Shown here piece after piece: positions 17,395 through 27,903 of a stretch of 32,000 nucleotides of DNA. Under the pieces are notes generated by a model, which ran no database searches, had not been told where the DNA came from, and saw nothing but the letters and a program-made list of their open reading frames with translations. Origin of the DNA: Cylindrospermopsis raciborskii Cr2010 (lineage in GTDB: Bacteria; Cyanobacteriota; Cyanobacteriia; Cyanobacteriales; Nostocaceae); assembly GCF_003367075.2 (NCBI RefSeq), contig NZ_CP065936.1:930001-962000 (forward strand). The letters run 5' to 3'. Position numbers and translations under genes: made by a program. Positions within the stretch are counted from its first letter, which is position 1. The number at the start of each line of letters is the position of its first letter.

Positions 17395-18150
17395 GTGACA
17401 CAGTCAGAAACTACCACTGCCAAAAGTTTTCCTCAGCTGCTAGCTGGGCTCGGCCTAATTTCTTTATCTTTGGTCATCAGCACTTGGATTGGTTCTAGAG
17501 CAATTCTAGATTTTAAAAAAGCTAACGATGTGTTAATTGTGACTGGTTCAGCCAAGCGCCCAATTCGCTCTGATTATATTGTTTTAAGATTAGCCCTAGT
17601 TAGTCAAAAACCAACCATAGAGGAAGCATTTAAAGATCTCAAAAATCAAACTGTAAGAGTCCAAGCATATCTCAAAGAAAACGGTGTTCCCGATGCAGCA
17701 ATTACCAGCAGTCCTGTGGAAACGATGATAATTCCGGAAATTGCTGAAAATGGTAGAGAAACAGGTCGGATCCTAGCCCATAAGTTAACTCAAAACCTAC
17801 AAATCCGCTCTCAGGATGTGGACAAATACAGTCAATTATCTCAAAAGTCTACAGAGTTAATTAACGAGGGAATTAATCTCACCGTACAACCACCAGAATA
17901 CCTCTATACACAATTAAGTAAATTACGAGTAGAAATGGTAGCCGAAGCTACCAAAGATGCCCAGGCTAGGGCCAAAGCCATTGCTGACAGTGCTGGTGGT
18001 CAGGTAGGTTCCGTGAGGAGTGCGCAGACAGGAGTATTTCAAATTACTGCCCGTAACTCTACGGATGTGAGTGATTCGGGAATTTATGATACATCCTCCA
18101 TTGACAAAGACATCACAGCTGTGGTGTCTATTACCTTCAGCATGAAATAG
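17395..18150 (+). CDS. SIMPL-domain (DUF541) protein, N-terminal membrane anchor, GTG start
   Basis: ILIVTGSAKRPIRSDYIVLRLALVSQ-like opening (VLIVTGSAKRP), KVEMVAEATKDAQARAKAIADSAGGQVGSVRSAQTGVFQIT, C-terminal DKDITAVVSITFSM. Confidence 0.88.
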   Translation: MTQSETTTAKSFPQLLAGLGLISLSLVISTWIGSRAILDFKKANDVLIVTGSAKRPIRSDYIVLRLALVSQKPTIEEAFKDLKNQTVRVQAYLKENGVPDAAITSSPVETMIIPEIAENGRETGRILAHKLTQNLQIRSQDVDKYSQLSQKSTELINEGINLTVQPPEYLYTQLSKLRVEMVAEATKDAQARAKAIADSAGGQVGSVRSAQTGVFQITARNSTDVSDSGIYDTSSIDKDITAVVSITFSMK

Positions 18151-18172
18151 GAGAAGATGAGAATATAAGGAG

Positions 18173-20062
18173 TTACTCTACCGTCACAGATTTAGCCAAA
18201 TTCCTAGGTTGGTCTACATCTAAACCCCTACGCGCTGCAATGTGATAGGCTAACAATTGCAGGGGAATGACCGTCAAGATAGGTGATAAAATCTCCTCCA
18301 CATTAGCAACAGGTATTAAATCATTAAATATTTCTGCTGCTTCTCCATCATTGACAGAGGTTATCCCTATGAGTCGGGAATCCCTTGCTTTTGCTTCTTG
18401 CGCATTGGAAATCACCTTTTCATATACACTACCACCCATGGCGATCGCCACTACGGGAACTTTAGCATCCAACAGAGCAATTGGTCCATGTTTCATTTCT
18501 CCTGCGGGATATCCTTCAGCATGGATATAGCTAATCTCTTTTAACTTTAAAGCTCCTTCCAAAGCAATAGGAAAATTAATACCTCGTCCCAGGAAAATAA
18601 AATCCCGGGTTTCCGAAAAATCATGCACCAGTTGTTCAATATATTTTTCCTGGGTTTCTAAAATGGTTTCAATTTCTATAGGTAATTGACGTAAACCGGT
18701 AATAATATCCTGTATCCTTTGTAAACCAATAGTCTGACGACGATAAGCCAAATCCAAGGCCAAACCATAAAAAGCCATTAACTGGGCAATAAACGTCTTA
18801 GTCGCTGCTACACCAATTTCAATCCCTCCATGGGTATTAATCAAACTACCCACCATTTGTCCCAAGCTGCTTTCTGGACGGTTGGTAATCCCCAATAGTC
18901 GAGCTTCATATCCCCCTGATTTACCCAGTCTCCGTTCCCTTTCCATCGCCAAAGCTGCTAGGGTATCAGCAGTTTCTCCCGATTGGGTAACACCAATGGT
19001 TAGGGTATTAGCCATTAATGGTGATGGTGCATACCGAAATTCTGAAGCATATTGCACTTGAGTAGGAATTTCTGCCAACTGCTCTAATAGGTATTTGCCA
19101 ACCAATGCTGCGTGCCAACTTGTTCCACAAGCGACTATTTGAATTTGTGCCAGATCCGTGTACAATTCTTCTGGTAGTCCTAAGTTTACCGGTGTGTGGG
19201 AGTGATTAGGAAAATAGGTCTCTAAGCAAGTTCTGACTACCCCTGGTTGCTCATATATTTCTTTGAGCATAAAATGCTTGAAACCCTGTTTCTCCACCAT
19301 GATTGGATTCCAATCCAGGGTACGAGGGTGTTTCTTTAATCTATTTCCGGCAAAATTATAAACCTCAACCCCTAAAGGAGTTAACCGAGCAATTTCTCCA
19401 TTCTCTAGAGTCAATACCGCACGGGTATAGGGAACTATTGCTGGGGTGTCGGAAGCACAGAAAAACTCCCCTTGTCCAAAACCTATAACTAAAGGCGCCT
19501 GTTGACGAATCACTATCAACTCATCGGGAAAATCCGCACAAATAGCAGCGATCGCAAAAGCTCCCTCTAATTTACCCACTGCTGCTAACACTGCATCTAA
19601 AAATGCTGAACTGGAGTTATGATTAGAGTTATTAGGAGATAAAACATGCTTTAAACATTCCGCAAACAGATGGGGAATTACCTCCGTATCCGTGTCCGAA
19701 CGAAATTCATGACCTAAAGTCTTTAAATATTCTCGCAGTTCGCGGTAGTTTTCTATAATACCATTTTGCACCACGGCAATGCGTAGAGCAGTATCTTGAT
19801 GGGGGTGGGCATTATATTCTTCAGGTTTACCATGGGTTGCCCAGCGGGTATGACCTATACCTAGTTGAGCTGGGTTTTCTATTTGTTCTAGCTTGGAGCG
19901 TAAATTTACTAGTTTACCCTTGGCTCGCACGCAATTAATACTACCTTCCCCAACTGTGGCAATTCCAGCTGAATCATAGCCTCTATACTCTAGTTTTTCC
20001 AGTCCAGATAGTAGGATTTCCGTTGCTGTTTGAGTGCCTATATAACCAACGATTCCACACAT
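18173..20062 (-). CDS. glmS: Glutamine--fructose-6-phosphate aminotransferase (isomerizing)
   Basis: MCGIVGYIGTQTATEILLSGLEKLEYRGYDSAGIAT, two SIS domains, C-terminal DVDQPRNLAKSVTVE. Confidence 0.98.
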   Translation of the reverse strand: MCGIVGYIGTQTATEILLSGLEKLEYRGYDSAGIATVGEGSINCVRAKGKLVNLRSKLEQIENPAQLGIGHTRWATHGKPEEYNAHPHQDTALRIAVVQNGIIENYRELREYLKTLGHEFRSDTDTEVIPHLFAECLKHVLSPNNSNHNSSSAFLDAVLAAVGKLEGAFAIAAICADFPDELIVIRQQAPLVIGFGQGEFFCASDTPAIVPYTRAVLTLENGEIARLTPLGVEVYNFAGNRLKKHPRTLDWNPIMVEKQGFKHFMLKEIYEQPGVVRTCLETYFPNHSHTPVNLGLPEELYTDLAQIQIVACGTSWHAALVGKYLLEQLAEIPTQVQYASEFRYAPSPLMANTLTIGVTQSGETADTLAALAMERERRLGKSGGYEARLLGITNRPESSLGQMVGSLINTHGGIEIGVAATKTFIAQLMAFYGLALDLAYRRQTIGLQRIQDIITGLRQLPIEIETILETQEKYIEQLVHDFSETRDFIFLGRGINFPIALEGALKLKEISYIHAEGYPAGEMKHGPIALLDAKVPVVAIAMGGSVYEKVISNAQEAKARDSRLIGITSVNDGEAAEIFNDLIPVANVEEILSPILTVIPLQLLAYHIAARRGLDVDQPRNLAKSVTVE

Positions 20063-20152
20063 TTTTTATACTACTCCAGTTATATTAGTTATATTAATGC
20101 AATTGCGGTAATTATGAAAAACTTAATAACAAACCATAATACACTAATCTAT

Positions 20153-20986
20153 CTAACTTTGACACTGAGGACAAAAGTGACTAGAACGCCCACTCAGTTT
20201 AGTCCTTTGGATCATGCTACCACAAACCTTGCAGGGATCTCCCGCTCGGTTGTATACCCAAGCTTCACCACCATAATTGCCATTTACACCTTTGACATTC
20301 AAAAAGTTACTAAAAGTGGTGCCACCAGCAGCTATACTAGCTGATAGAACCTCAATTATGGCCATTCTTAAACTCCTTATCTGGTTTTCATCTATGTTTG
20401 TGCAGATAGTAGTTGGTAAAATACCACTTTTAAATAAGGCTTCATCAGCATAAATATTTCCTAAACCTGCTACTATAGACTGATCCAATAGGGCGGTTTT
20501 AATGGGACGACGAACCTTTGCCAGTTTAGTAGCCAAATATTCAGGTGTGAACTCTACAGCAAAGGGGTCAATTGCCAGTTTGCCTAAACCTGTTATGATT
20601 TTCTCCCTCACTACCCCACTTGGAATATACCACATTTTACCAAAAGTACGTTGGTCTACAAACCGTAGTTCTTGCTCCTTACCAAAAAACAATCTTACCC
20701 TGGTGTGTTTATGTAATGGTTCCTCTCGATTTAACCATAACAATTGTCCAGTCATGCGCAAATGTACACCCAACCAAGCAGAAGAAGAAAGCTCGGCCAG
20801 TAGATATTTCCCGCAACGGATCCAGGATTCAATGGTGCTACCTTTAAGATCTCCAATAAACTGGTCAGCAGCAAAGGGATAAGCGACAGTCCTTGCAAGC
20901 AAAACTTCTCCACTAGTAATCGGTTGATGGAGAGTTAATTGATTTAAACCCCTGCGGACTGTTTCAACTTCCGGCAATTCAGGCAT
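20153..20986 (-). CDS. mutM: Formamidopyrimidine-DNA glycosylase
   Basis: MPELPEVETVRRGL, KYLLAEL, GLGNIYADEALF, C-terminal zinc finger VYNRAGDPCKVCGSMIQRTKLSGRSSHFCPQCQ. Confidence 0.98.
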   Translation of the reverse strand: MPELPEVETVRRGLNQLTLHQPITSGEVLLARTVAYPFAADQFIGDLKGSTIESWIRCGKYLLAELSSSAWLGVHLRMTGQLLWLNREEPLHKHTRVRLFFGKEQELRFVDQRTFGKMWYIPSGVVREKIITGLGKLAIDPFAVEFTPEYLATKLAKVRRPIKTALLDQSIVAGLGNIYADEALFKSGILPTTICTNIDENQIRSLRMAIIEVLSASIAAGGTTFSNFLNVKGVNGNYGGEAWVYNRAGDPCKVCGSMIQRTKLSGRSSHFCPQCQS

Positions 20987-21197
20987 AAGTGGGTGGGTGC
21001 TTTTTGTAAGCTCAAATAATTCAGTTCCTTGAGATTAACAAATTTGACCTTCCCCCAAACAAGTAAGTTTAGCACTGCTTAATTACTTATTTAGAGGATT
21101 ACCAAGAGAATAATCAATAAATTCCTGGAGGCGTGGTCAATACACCTGGAGCTGAATAAAGTTTGATGAGTAGTGCTTATACCTACAGCCAGTGGTC

Positions 21198-21398
21198 TTA
21201 TTTACTGGGTGGTTGTACTTCCAATAACTCACTCAGAGCGAAATTATTGGTATTCACACCACTGTAATTGACATTAGGAAAACGCACAATCACAGGATAT
21301 TTAATGCCACTTTTATCTACGGAAGCAACAGTACCTACTTCTTGAAACCAGTAGGACTCGGGACGAAGGACACGAACTTTAGAACCGCGTTGAACCAT
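21198..21398 (-). CDS. psaE: Photosystem I reaction centre subunit IV
   Basis: [61 protein letters not shown]. Confidence 0.97.
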   Translation of the reverse strand: MVQRGSKVRVLRPESYWFQEVGTVASVDKSGIKYPVIVRFPNVNYSGVNTNNFALSELLEVQPPSK

Positions 21399-21504
21399 GA
21401 TATGTTCCCTTTAAATGATCACTTGAAAGCAAATAGGGTTATTTCCTTTCAGTTTAGAACTTTTTGTTCTATGGTCAAGAATCTGAATGAAATCTTAATA
21501 GCAC

Positions 21505-22119
21505 TCAGTTAGCAAATCCCCAGGCAATATAGGGTAACTGACTTGCCACCGCTGTTACCTGGACCGCATTAGCTACTAACTGTCCACAAGCATCCCAGGT
21601 TCCCGACACAAAGGCAGTTTTTGTTCCCTGACCCATGAATACGGGTAGGGTTAAATCGTGAATTTGTACTTGCAAATTTTCCACATCTATGGTAAGCAAT
21701 GCCTGAGGATCAGCAGTAACTAGTTCTTGTAGTTGTCTAACTATGGCAGATTCAGCAGTGACGCAGGGTATACCCATAGCTACACAGTTACCAAAAAAGA
21801 TTTCAGCAAAGCTTTCACCAATAATCCCCCTAATACCCCATTTAGCCAATGCTTGGGGGGCGTGTTCCCTGGATGAACCACAGCCAAAATTACGGTTGAC
21901 TATTAATACTTTCGCCCCTTGATATTGGGGAAGATCAAAGGGATGTTGACCATTTAAGGCTTTTCGATCATCTATGAATGCTCCCTCCCCTAAACCGTCA
22001 AAGGTGATGGCTTTTAGGTAGCGGGCAGGTATAATCCTATCTGTGTCAATATCGTCTCCCACTAAAGGTAGGGCGCGATCGCTGATTTTGTTAATTTGAT
22101 TTAGCATGTTTATGATCAT
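21505..22119 (-). CDS. leuD: 3-isopropylmalate dehydratase small subunit
   Basis: [48 protein letters not shown]. Confidence 0.95.
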   Translation of the reverse strand: MIINMLNQINKISDRALPLVGDDIDTDRIIPARYLKAITFDGLGEGAFIDDRKALNGQHPFDLPQYQGAKVLIVNRNFGCGSSREHAPQALAKWGIRGIIGESFAEIFFGNCVAMGIPCVTAESAIVRQLQELVTADPQALLTIDVENLQVQIHDLTLPVFMGQGTKTAFVSGTWDACGQLVANAVQVTAVASQLPYIAWGFAN

Positions 22120-22132
22120 TAATTAACTTTAA

Positions 22133-23545
22133 TTACATTTCTGTTAAAAGTTCGCGCACATCAGCAACTTCACCCTTAATAGCAGCCGTTGCTACCATAG
22201 CAGGACTCATGAGCAGGGTGCGACCAGAAGCGGAACCCTGTCTACCCTTAAAGTTACGATTAGAGGAGGAGGCGCTAATTTGTCTTCCTTGTAATTTGTC
22301 AGGGTTCATAGCCAAACACATGGAACATCCTGGTTCGCGCCATTCAAAACCTGCTTGAATAAAGATTTGATCTAGACCCTCAGCTTCAGCTTGTTTTTTC
22401 ACCCTTTCCGATCCAGGAACCACGAAGGCTTTCATACCCGGTGCAACTTGACGACCTTGGGCAATTTTAGCTGCTTCCCTCAAATCGCTGATGCGTCCAT
22501 TAGTGCAACTACCAATAAAACAAACGTCTATTTTTGTTCCTTGAATGGGTTGACCAGGGTAAAGATCCATATAACGGTAGGCTTCCTCCGCTACAAACCT
22601 ATCTTCTTCTGGTAGGTCTTGGGCGGCGGGTACTTTTTCATCTACCCCAATTCCCTGACCAGGTGTAATTCCCCAGGTGACTGTGGGTGGAATATCTTCC
22701 GCATTAAATACTACCACATCATCATATTCCGCATCCACATCACTCCGTAGAGATTGCCACCACTCCAGGGCTTCTTCCCAGGTTGCTCCTTGGGGAGCAA
22801 AGTCTCTATTTTTTAAATACTCATAAGTAATTTCATCGGGATTTACATATCCACACCTGGCACCGCCCTCAATAGCCATATTACAAACGGTCATTCTTTC
22901 TTCCATGTTCATTTGGGCAAAGGTGGTTCCCGCATATTCGTAGGCGTAGCCCACACCACCTTTTACTCCCAGGGTGCGAATAATATGTAATATCACATCC
23001 TTGGCATAAACTCCTGGGAGAAGATTCCCATTCACCTCGATTTTCCGCACCTTGAGTTTTGATAACGCTAAAGTTTGAGAAGCCAAAACATCACGCACCT
23101 GACTTGTGCCAATTCCAAAAGCGATCCCTCCAAAGGCACCATGACTAGATGTATGACTATCTCCACAGGCAATAGTCATACCTGGTTGTGTCAATCCTAA
23201 TTCTGGTGCAATCACATGGACTATACCCTGATTTCCCGAACCGATATTATAAAAAGTGATGTCATTTTCTTGACAATTTTTTTCCAAGGCCCGGATCATT
23301 TCTTCTGCCATATTGTCCACAAAAGGACGTACTTGGTTATCCGTAGGGACAATATGATCTACCGTAGCCACAGTTCGGTGTGGGAACAATACCTTGAGAC
23401 CCCTTTCCTTGAGCATAGCAAAGGCTTGGGGACTGGTAACCTCATGGATAAGATGGAGTCCGATAAACAGTTGGGTGAGTCCTGATGGAAGTGTGCCCAC
23501 GGTGTGAATTTCCCAAACTTTGTCAAATAGAGTTCCCTTGCTCAT
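22133..23545 (-). CDS. leuC: 3-isopropylmalate dehydratase large subunit
   Basis: [76 protein letters not shown]. Confidence 0.97.
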   Translation of the reverse strand: MSKGTLFDKVWEIHTVGTLPSGLTQLFIGLHLIHEVTSPQAFAMLKERGLKVLFPHRTVATVDHIVPTDNQVRPFVDNMAEEMIRALEKNCQENDITFYNIGSGNQGIVHVIAPELGLTQPGMTIACGDSHTSSHGAFGGIAFGIGTSQVRDVLASQTLALSKLKVRKIEVNGNLLPGVYAKDVILHIIRTLGVKGGVGYAYEYAGTTFAQMNMEERMTVCNMAIEGGARCGYVNPDEITYEYLKNRDFAPQGATWEEALEWWQSLRSDVDAEYDDVVVFNAEDIPPTVTWGITPGQGIGVDEKVPAAQDLPEEDRFVAEEAYRYMDLYPGQPIQGTKIDVCFIGSCTNGRISDLREAAKIAQGRQVAPGMKAFVVPGSERVKKQAEAEGLDQIFIQAGFEWREPGCSMCLAMNPDKLQGRQISASSSNRNFKGRQGSASGRTLLMSPAMVATAAIKGEVADVRELLTEM

Positions 23546-23620
23546 ACACTCAATGCTATATTTACTACTTAAAAGGAGTCTAACCGACTATCATATCAGA
23601 TATATCAGAAAACTGGAATT

Positions 23621-24529
23621 TTAAAAACTGTTCACAGCAGCACGTAAATTACCTTTATGTGCTGCTAGTAGCTGTTGAGCCTCCTCCCTATCCAAATCTT
23701 TCCAGTGCATCAGCAAAGCCAGTTTTACCCACTTACCACTTCTTTCTAGTAAAGTCTCAGCTGCTTCCCTATTTAGGTCAGTCAAATCTCCTAATATCCT
23801 TAAAGCGCGGTCATGTAGTTTTTGATTAGTAACAGCGACATCTACCATGCGATTACCATAGACCTTGCCCAATTTGACCATCACACCGGTAGAAAGTATA
23901 TTCAAAGCCAACTTGGTAGCCGTACCAGCTTTTAAGCGGGTTGAACCAGCCAAAATTTCTGGTCCAGTTAATAGGCGAATATCCACATCTGCTTCAACCG
24001 GAACCTGTTGTACAGGAACACAGGCAATAAAAATTGTTAAAGCACCCCGTTGACGTGCGCCATGTAATGCACCATGAACATAGGGGGTAGTTCCTCCAGC
24101 AGTGATACCTACCACCACATCGAGGCAATTTACCTCATGTTGAATGATAGCATTTTCCCCATCCTCTGCCAAATCTTCCAAACCTTCGGAACTGCGTAAC
24201 AAAGCACCCGCACCACCAGCAATAATCCCCTGTACCAAATCCGGAGATGTACAGAAAGTGGGTGGACACTCGGCCGCATCTAATACCCCTAATCTCCCAC
24301 TTGTACCCGCACCAATATAAAACAAACGTCCCCCTTGATGTAGCCTTGGGGCTATTTGTTCAATAGCTGCTGCCAACTCCATCTTAGCACCAGCTATAGC
24401 AGATAAAGCTTTTTGATCTTCGCTGTTGAATAACTCTACCAGTTCCAGAGCATTAAGTTGGTCTAGGTTTAAACTATGAGGATTTATCTGTTCTGTTAAA
24501 AGATGTCCGCGCTCTTGTAAGTTAGTCAT
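23621..24529 (-). CDS. murQ: N-acetylmuramic acid 6-phosphate etherase
   Basis: GRLFYIGAGTSGRLGVLDAAECPPTF, VGITAGGTTPYVHGAL, GPEILAGSTRLKAGTATKLALNILST. Confidence 0.95.
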   Translation of the reverse strand: MTNLQERGHLLTEQINPHSLNLDQLNALELVELFNSEDQKALSAIAGAKMELAAAIEQIAPRLHQGGRLFYIGAGTSGRLGVLDAAECPPTFCTSPDLVQGIIAGGAGALLRSSEGLEDLAEDGENAIIQHEVNCLDVVVGITAGGTTPYVHGALHGARQRGALTIFIACVPVQQVPVEADVDIRLLTGPEILAGSTRLKAGTATKLALNILSTGVMVKLGKVYGNRMVDVAVTNQKLHDRALRILGDLTDLNREAAETLLERSGKWVKLALLMHWKDLDREEAQQLLAAHKGNLRAAVNSF

Positions 24530-24623
24530 TTATTACCCAATCACGTACTATTATATATTTCCTATATATATCTCGGAATTGGTAATTTTCAAAACCTCCT
24601 AGAAACAGAAAAATTGGCGAATT

Positions 24624-24668
24624 GTGATTGAACATACAGAACTGAACTATAGATAACAGTTTGATAAT
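24624..24668 (+). promoter_or_regulatory. Candidate NtcA site and -10 element upstream of amt
   Basis: GTG-attgaaca-TAC (24624-24637) is one mismatch from GTA-N8-TAC. gataat follows at 24663-24668, 25 nt downstream. Confidence 0.3.
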
Positions 24669-24766
24669 TTACAGTGGATTAAGAAAATGCTAGGGATTCC
24701 TCTGGTTAAAGCTTTATCCTTCAAAAAACATTAGAAAAACATTAGCTAAATTACTCACTTACACTG

Positions 24767-26296
24767 ATGAGCATGACAAGAATAAGATCAAAACGCCTCC
24801 GGCGTAAGCGGGGCTCTGCCCTTCGACTGAGTTTTCCATGGCTATCAGCAGGAAACCTGGCTCCTATTGGGCGTGCTTGTATAACTGTCGCTATGCTAAT
24901 TGTAATTAGCTGGGGCTATGCAGCTGTTGCAGCTGACCCACCTAAGCTAGAAGACATTGCTAAACAGTCCGCTGATCTCAAAGTTGGCATTGACACCATG
25001 TGGGTGATGTTTGCCGGGATGCTAGTATTTTTTATGAATGCTGGTTTTGGTATGTTAGAAACGGGGTTATGTCGTCAGAAAAACGCCGTTAATGTACTGG
25101 CAAAAAACCTAATTGTATTTGCCCTTTCTACAGTAGCTTTCTGGGCCATTGGATTTGGCCTGATGTTCAGTGATGGTAACCCCTTCATAGGTTTTGGTGG
25201 TTTATTTTTACAGGGAGCTGATAATAGCCCAGCCATGGGGGATGCATATAAGGGAATTTTCAGTTCCCTCAACTGGACTGGTGTTCCCTTAGGGGCCAAG
25301 TTCTTCTTCCAACTAGTGTTTGCAGGTACAGCGGCCACAATCGTATCCGGAGCAGTAGCAGAAAGAGTCAAATTTCTCAGCTTTCTCATCTTTAGTTTAC
25401 TCTTGGTTGGCTTGGCCTATCCCATTACAGGTCACTGGATCTGGGGCGGAGGATGGCTATACAAGCTGGGTTTCTGGGACTTTGCTGGCTCTACTGTGGT
25501 TCACTCCGTTGGAGGTTGGGCCGCTCTAGCGGGAGCCTTCTTGTTAGGGCCCAGAATTGGTCGCTACAATCCGGATGGTTCTGCTAATGCCATGCCCGGT
25601 CACAATATGAGTATTGCTACCCTTGGTTGTTTGATACTCTGGCTAGGTTGGTTTGGTTTCAACCCTGGATCTACTATGAGTGTATCAGATGGAACCGCTA
25701 TTGCCCACATTGCCTTAACTACCAATACAGCTGGTGCCTTTGGTGGTATAGCAGCAACCATTGCAGCTTGGGCATTTCTAGGTAAGCCTGACTTATCTAT
25801 GATTATTAATGGCATTCTGGCCGGACTGGTGGGAGTTACTGCTTCTTGTGCCTATATTAGTGTTCCCTCATCAGCTATTGTGGGTGCTATTGCTGGTGTT
25901 CTTGTAGTACAGGCGGTACCCTTCTTTGACAAACTAAAAATTGATGACCCGGTGGGAGCAGTTTCCGTACACCTATGTTGTGGTGTGTGGGGTACCTTAG
26001 CAGTGGGATTATTTGCCGAGGGAAATGTTTACTATCAGGGTGGTCCTACAGGGCTATTCTTTGGTGGTGGTATTGGACAACTGTGGACTCAATTTGTGGG
26101 TGTGCTAACCATAGGTTTGTTTACAGTTCTGATATCTGGCATTTTCTTCCTCGCACTCAAATATACTATGGGTATTCGAGTCAAAGAATCAGAGGAACTG
26201 GAAGGTCTGGATGTGGGTGAACACGGTATGGAAGCCTATTCCGGATTTGTGAAGGAAGCATCCTCTCCTGATTTGATTGGTTTTGGCAATCGCTAG
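24767..26296 (+). CDS. amt: Ammonium transporter
   Basis: [91 protein letters not shown]. Confidence 0.96.
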   Translation: MSMTRIRSKRLRRKRGSALRLSFPWLSAGNLAPIGRACITVAMLIVISWGYAAVAADPPKLEDIAKQSADLKVGIDTMWVMFAGMLVFFMNAGFGMLETGLCRQKNAVNVLAKNLIVFALSTVAFWAIGFGLMFSDGNPFIGFGGLFLQGADNSPAMGDAYKGIFSSLNWTGVPLGAKFFFQLVFAGTAATIVSGAVAERVKFLSFLIFSLLLVGLAYPITGHWIWGGGWLYKLGFWDFAGSTVVHSVGGWAALAGAFLLGPRIGRYNPDGSANAMPGHNMSIATLGCLILWLGWFGFNPGSTMSVSDGTAIAHIALTTNTAGAFGGIAATIAAWAFLGKPDLSMIINGILAGLVGVTASCAYISVPSSAIVGAIAGVLVVQAVPFFDKLKIDDPVGAVSVHLCCGVWGTLAVGLFAEGNVYYQGGPTGLFFGGGIGQLWTQFVGVLTIGLFTVLISGIFFLALKYTMGIRVKESEELEGLDVGEHGMEAYSGFVKEASSPDLIGFGNR

Positions 26297-27045
26297 TCAA
26301 GGAACACCTTCTGGGGGGTGGTTGGGAATGGGATTTCACAAGCAGCAGCAATCAAAGATAAAGCAACTATGGGGGCAGTTGCTGCACGCAAAATGCGATC
26401 GCCTAGGGATACTGGCTGAAATTTAGCTAGGATGGCAGTGGCAATTTCTGTTTCTGTCCATCCACCCTCTGGACCTATGGCAACTACAATTTCTTTAATA
26501 CTTTTAAGCGGAAGATTAATTATATTGATTAAATGGGGATAGCTACCCCTGGCTTGGCATATATAACATTGAGAGTTAATATATTCACTTAGAGCAGCAT
26601 TAAAAACCACGGGTTCCAATATGGTGGGAACAAAAGCGCGTTCTGATTGCTCCGCAGCTTCAGCAGCTATACGTCGCCACCGTTCTAGTCTTTGAGGACT
26701 GGGATTTAATAAAGTGCGATCGCTCAAAACAGGTAAAATAGAGGATACGCCCAGTTCTGTGGAGTAGCGAACCACGTCATCAAAAGCATTGCCTTTGGGT
26801 AAGGCCAGCATGAGGGTTATAGATAGGGGTAACTCTGTTTTTGGTGTCAGGGGTTGTAAAATCTGTGCCGTATCTGCTGTTAATCTGGTCAACCACCATT
26901 TACCCATGCCATCCATAGAAATAAATTCATCCCCATCTTGTAGTCTTAATACTCGTAACAAGTAATGTTTTTGTTGAGGGGTTAAGAGAACTTGGTTTTG
27001 TTGTAGTTGGGATGCTTGAATGGTGAGACGTTGCAGTTGGGCCAT
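26293..27045 (-). CDS. rsmE: 16S rRNA (uracil1498-N3)-methyltransferase
   Basis: [74 protein letters not shown]. Confidence 0.94.
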   Translation of the reverse strand: MAQLQRLTIQASQLQQNQVLLTPQQKHYLLRVLRLQDGDEFISMDGMGKWWLTRLTADTAQILQPLTPKTELPLSITLMLALPKGNAFDDVVRYSTELGVSSILPVLSDRTLLNPSPQRLERWRRIAAEAAEQSERAFVPTILEPVVFNAALSEYINSQCYICQARGSYPHLINIINLPLKSIKEIVVAIGPEGGWTETEIATAILAKFQPVSLGDRILRAATAPIVALSLIAAACEIPFPTTPQKVFLD

Positions 27046-27075
27046 AGTTTACAATTAAACAACTGGGATCTAAAA

Positions 27076-27423
27076 TCAGCAATTTACTACACTTTCAATT
27101 AGTTGCCATTTACGGTTATGTTCAACTTCTTGACGAACCTGGTCAAAGACTTGTCGGCAATGATTATCCAACTTTAATGGCAGTTCTTCACTCTTCACCA
27201 CAAGATTTATCCATGTTTCATTTTCCGTTTTGGATTTATCAACTAACACTTCTATAGCTACTAACTTAGAAAATGCCACCTTACCAGGGATCTCACTAGC
27301 CATAATATAGTCATGGGAGTAAAATTGAACCGAGAATCCGCAATCCTGCAGTAGTTGGATTATTAGCGAGTGTAAATATTCAGCTTTGACAGCTATGAGA
27401 AAGGAAGAGGTATAACGAGCCAT
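27076..27423 (-). CDS. Conserved hypothetical protein, probably cyanobacterial
   Basis: 115 aa intact ORF (FLIAVKAEYLHSLIIQLLQDCGFSVQFYSHDYIMASEIPGKVAFSKLVAIEVLV) with a coding-like composition. No family recognised. Confidence 0.65.
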   Translation of the reverse strand: MARYTSSFLIAVKAEYLHSLIIQLLQDCGFSVQFYSHDYIMASEIPGKVAFSKLVAIEVLVDKSKTENETWINLVVKSEELPLKLDNHCRQVFDQVRQEVEHNRKWQLIESVVNC

Positions 27424-27520
27424 ATTAGGTTTAAGTTTTTTGTAAAAGTAGATTCACAAGGTTGTTGATGGAGTTAAAAACAGGGGGGAACCCGAGCTTG
27501 AAAGGATTCCCCATCACCCA

Positions 27521-27874
27521 CTATTCTGGTATGTCGATCAAAACATGATCATTTTCCACACGCAGGGGAAACACGGGTAAATTTTTTTGTTGAGAGACCA
27601 TTCCCATTAACTTCCCAACTGCGGGAGGCCAAGGACACCAGGTTTTGACCTCCCCAGTAGCTAGGTCAAAAGCACTACGGTGAAATGAGCAAACAATTGT
27701 ACCATTTTCAATTTTTGCCGATTTCATTGGTACTTTAAGGTGGGGACAGCTATTTTCTACAGCATAATACTGGTTATCATGGTTCAACACCAATATATTT
27801 CTTTTTCCTACCTTTACCACTTCTCGACCTCCCGGTAGCAGGTCACTTGTTGCCAGAATTTTTTGCCACGCCAT
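27521..27874 (-). CDS. Small Rieske [2Fe-2S] protein
   Basis: NSCPHLKVPM and CSFHRSAFDLATGE give the two Rieske ligand pairs (C-x-H and C-x2-H). Confidence 0.92.
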   Translation of the reverse strand: MAWQKILATSDLLPGGREVVKVGKRNILVLNHDNQYYAVENSCPHLKVPMKSAKIENGTIVCSFHRSAFDLATGEVKTWCPWPPAVGKLMGMVSQQKNLPVFPLRVENDHVLIDIPE

Positions 27875-27903
27875 TGTTTTCTCCCCTAGTGTTAAGATTC
27901 AGT

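Noticed and set aside
20030-20882. Plus-strand ORFs 20030-20344, 20502-20882 and 20620-20847
   Set aside because: Mostly antisense to mutM or glmS; no recognised domains.
25075-25815. Minus-strand ORFs antisense to amt (25075-25389, 25600-25815)
   Set aside because: Shadow ORFs over a strongly supported transporter gene.
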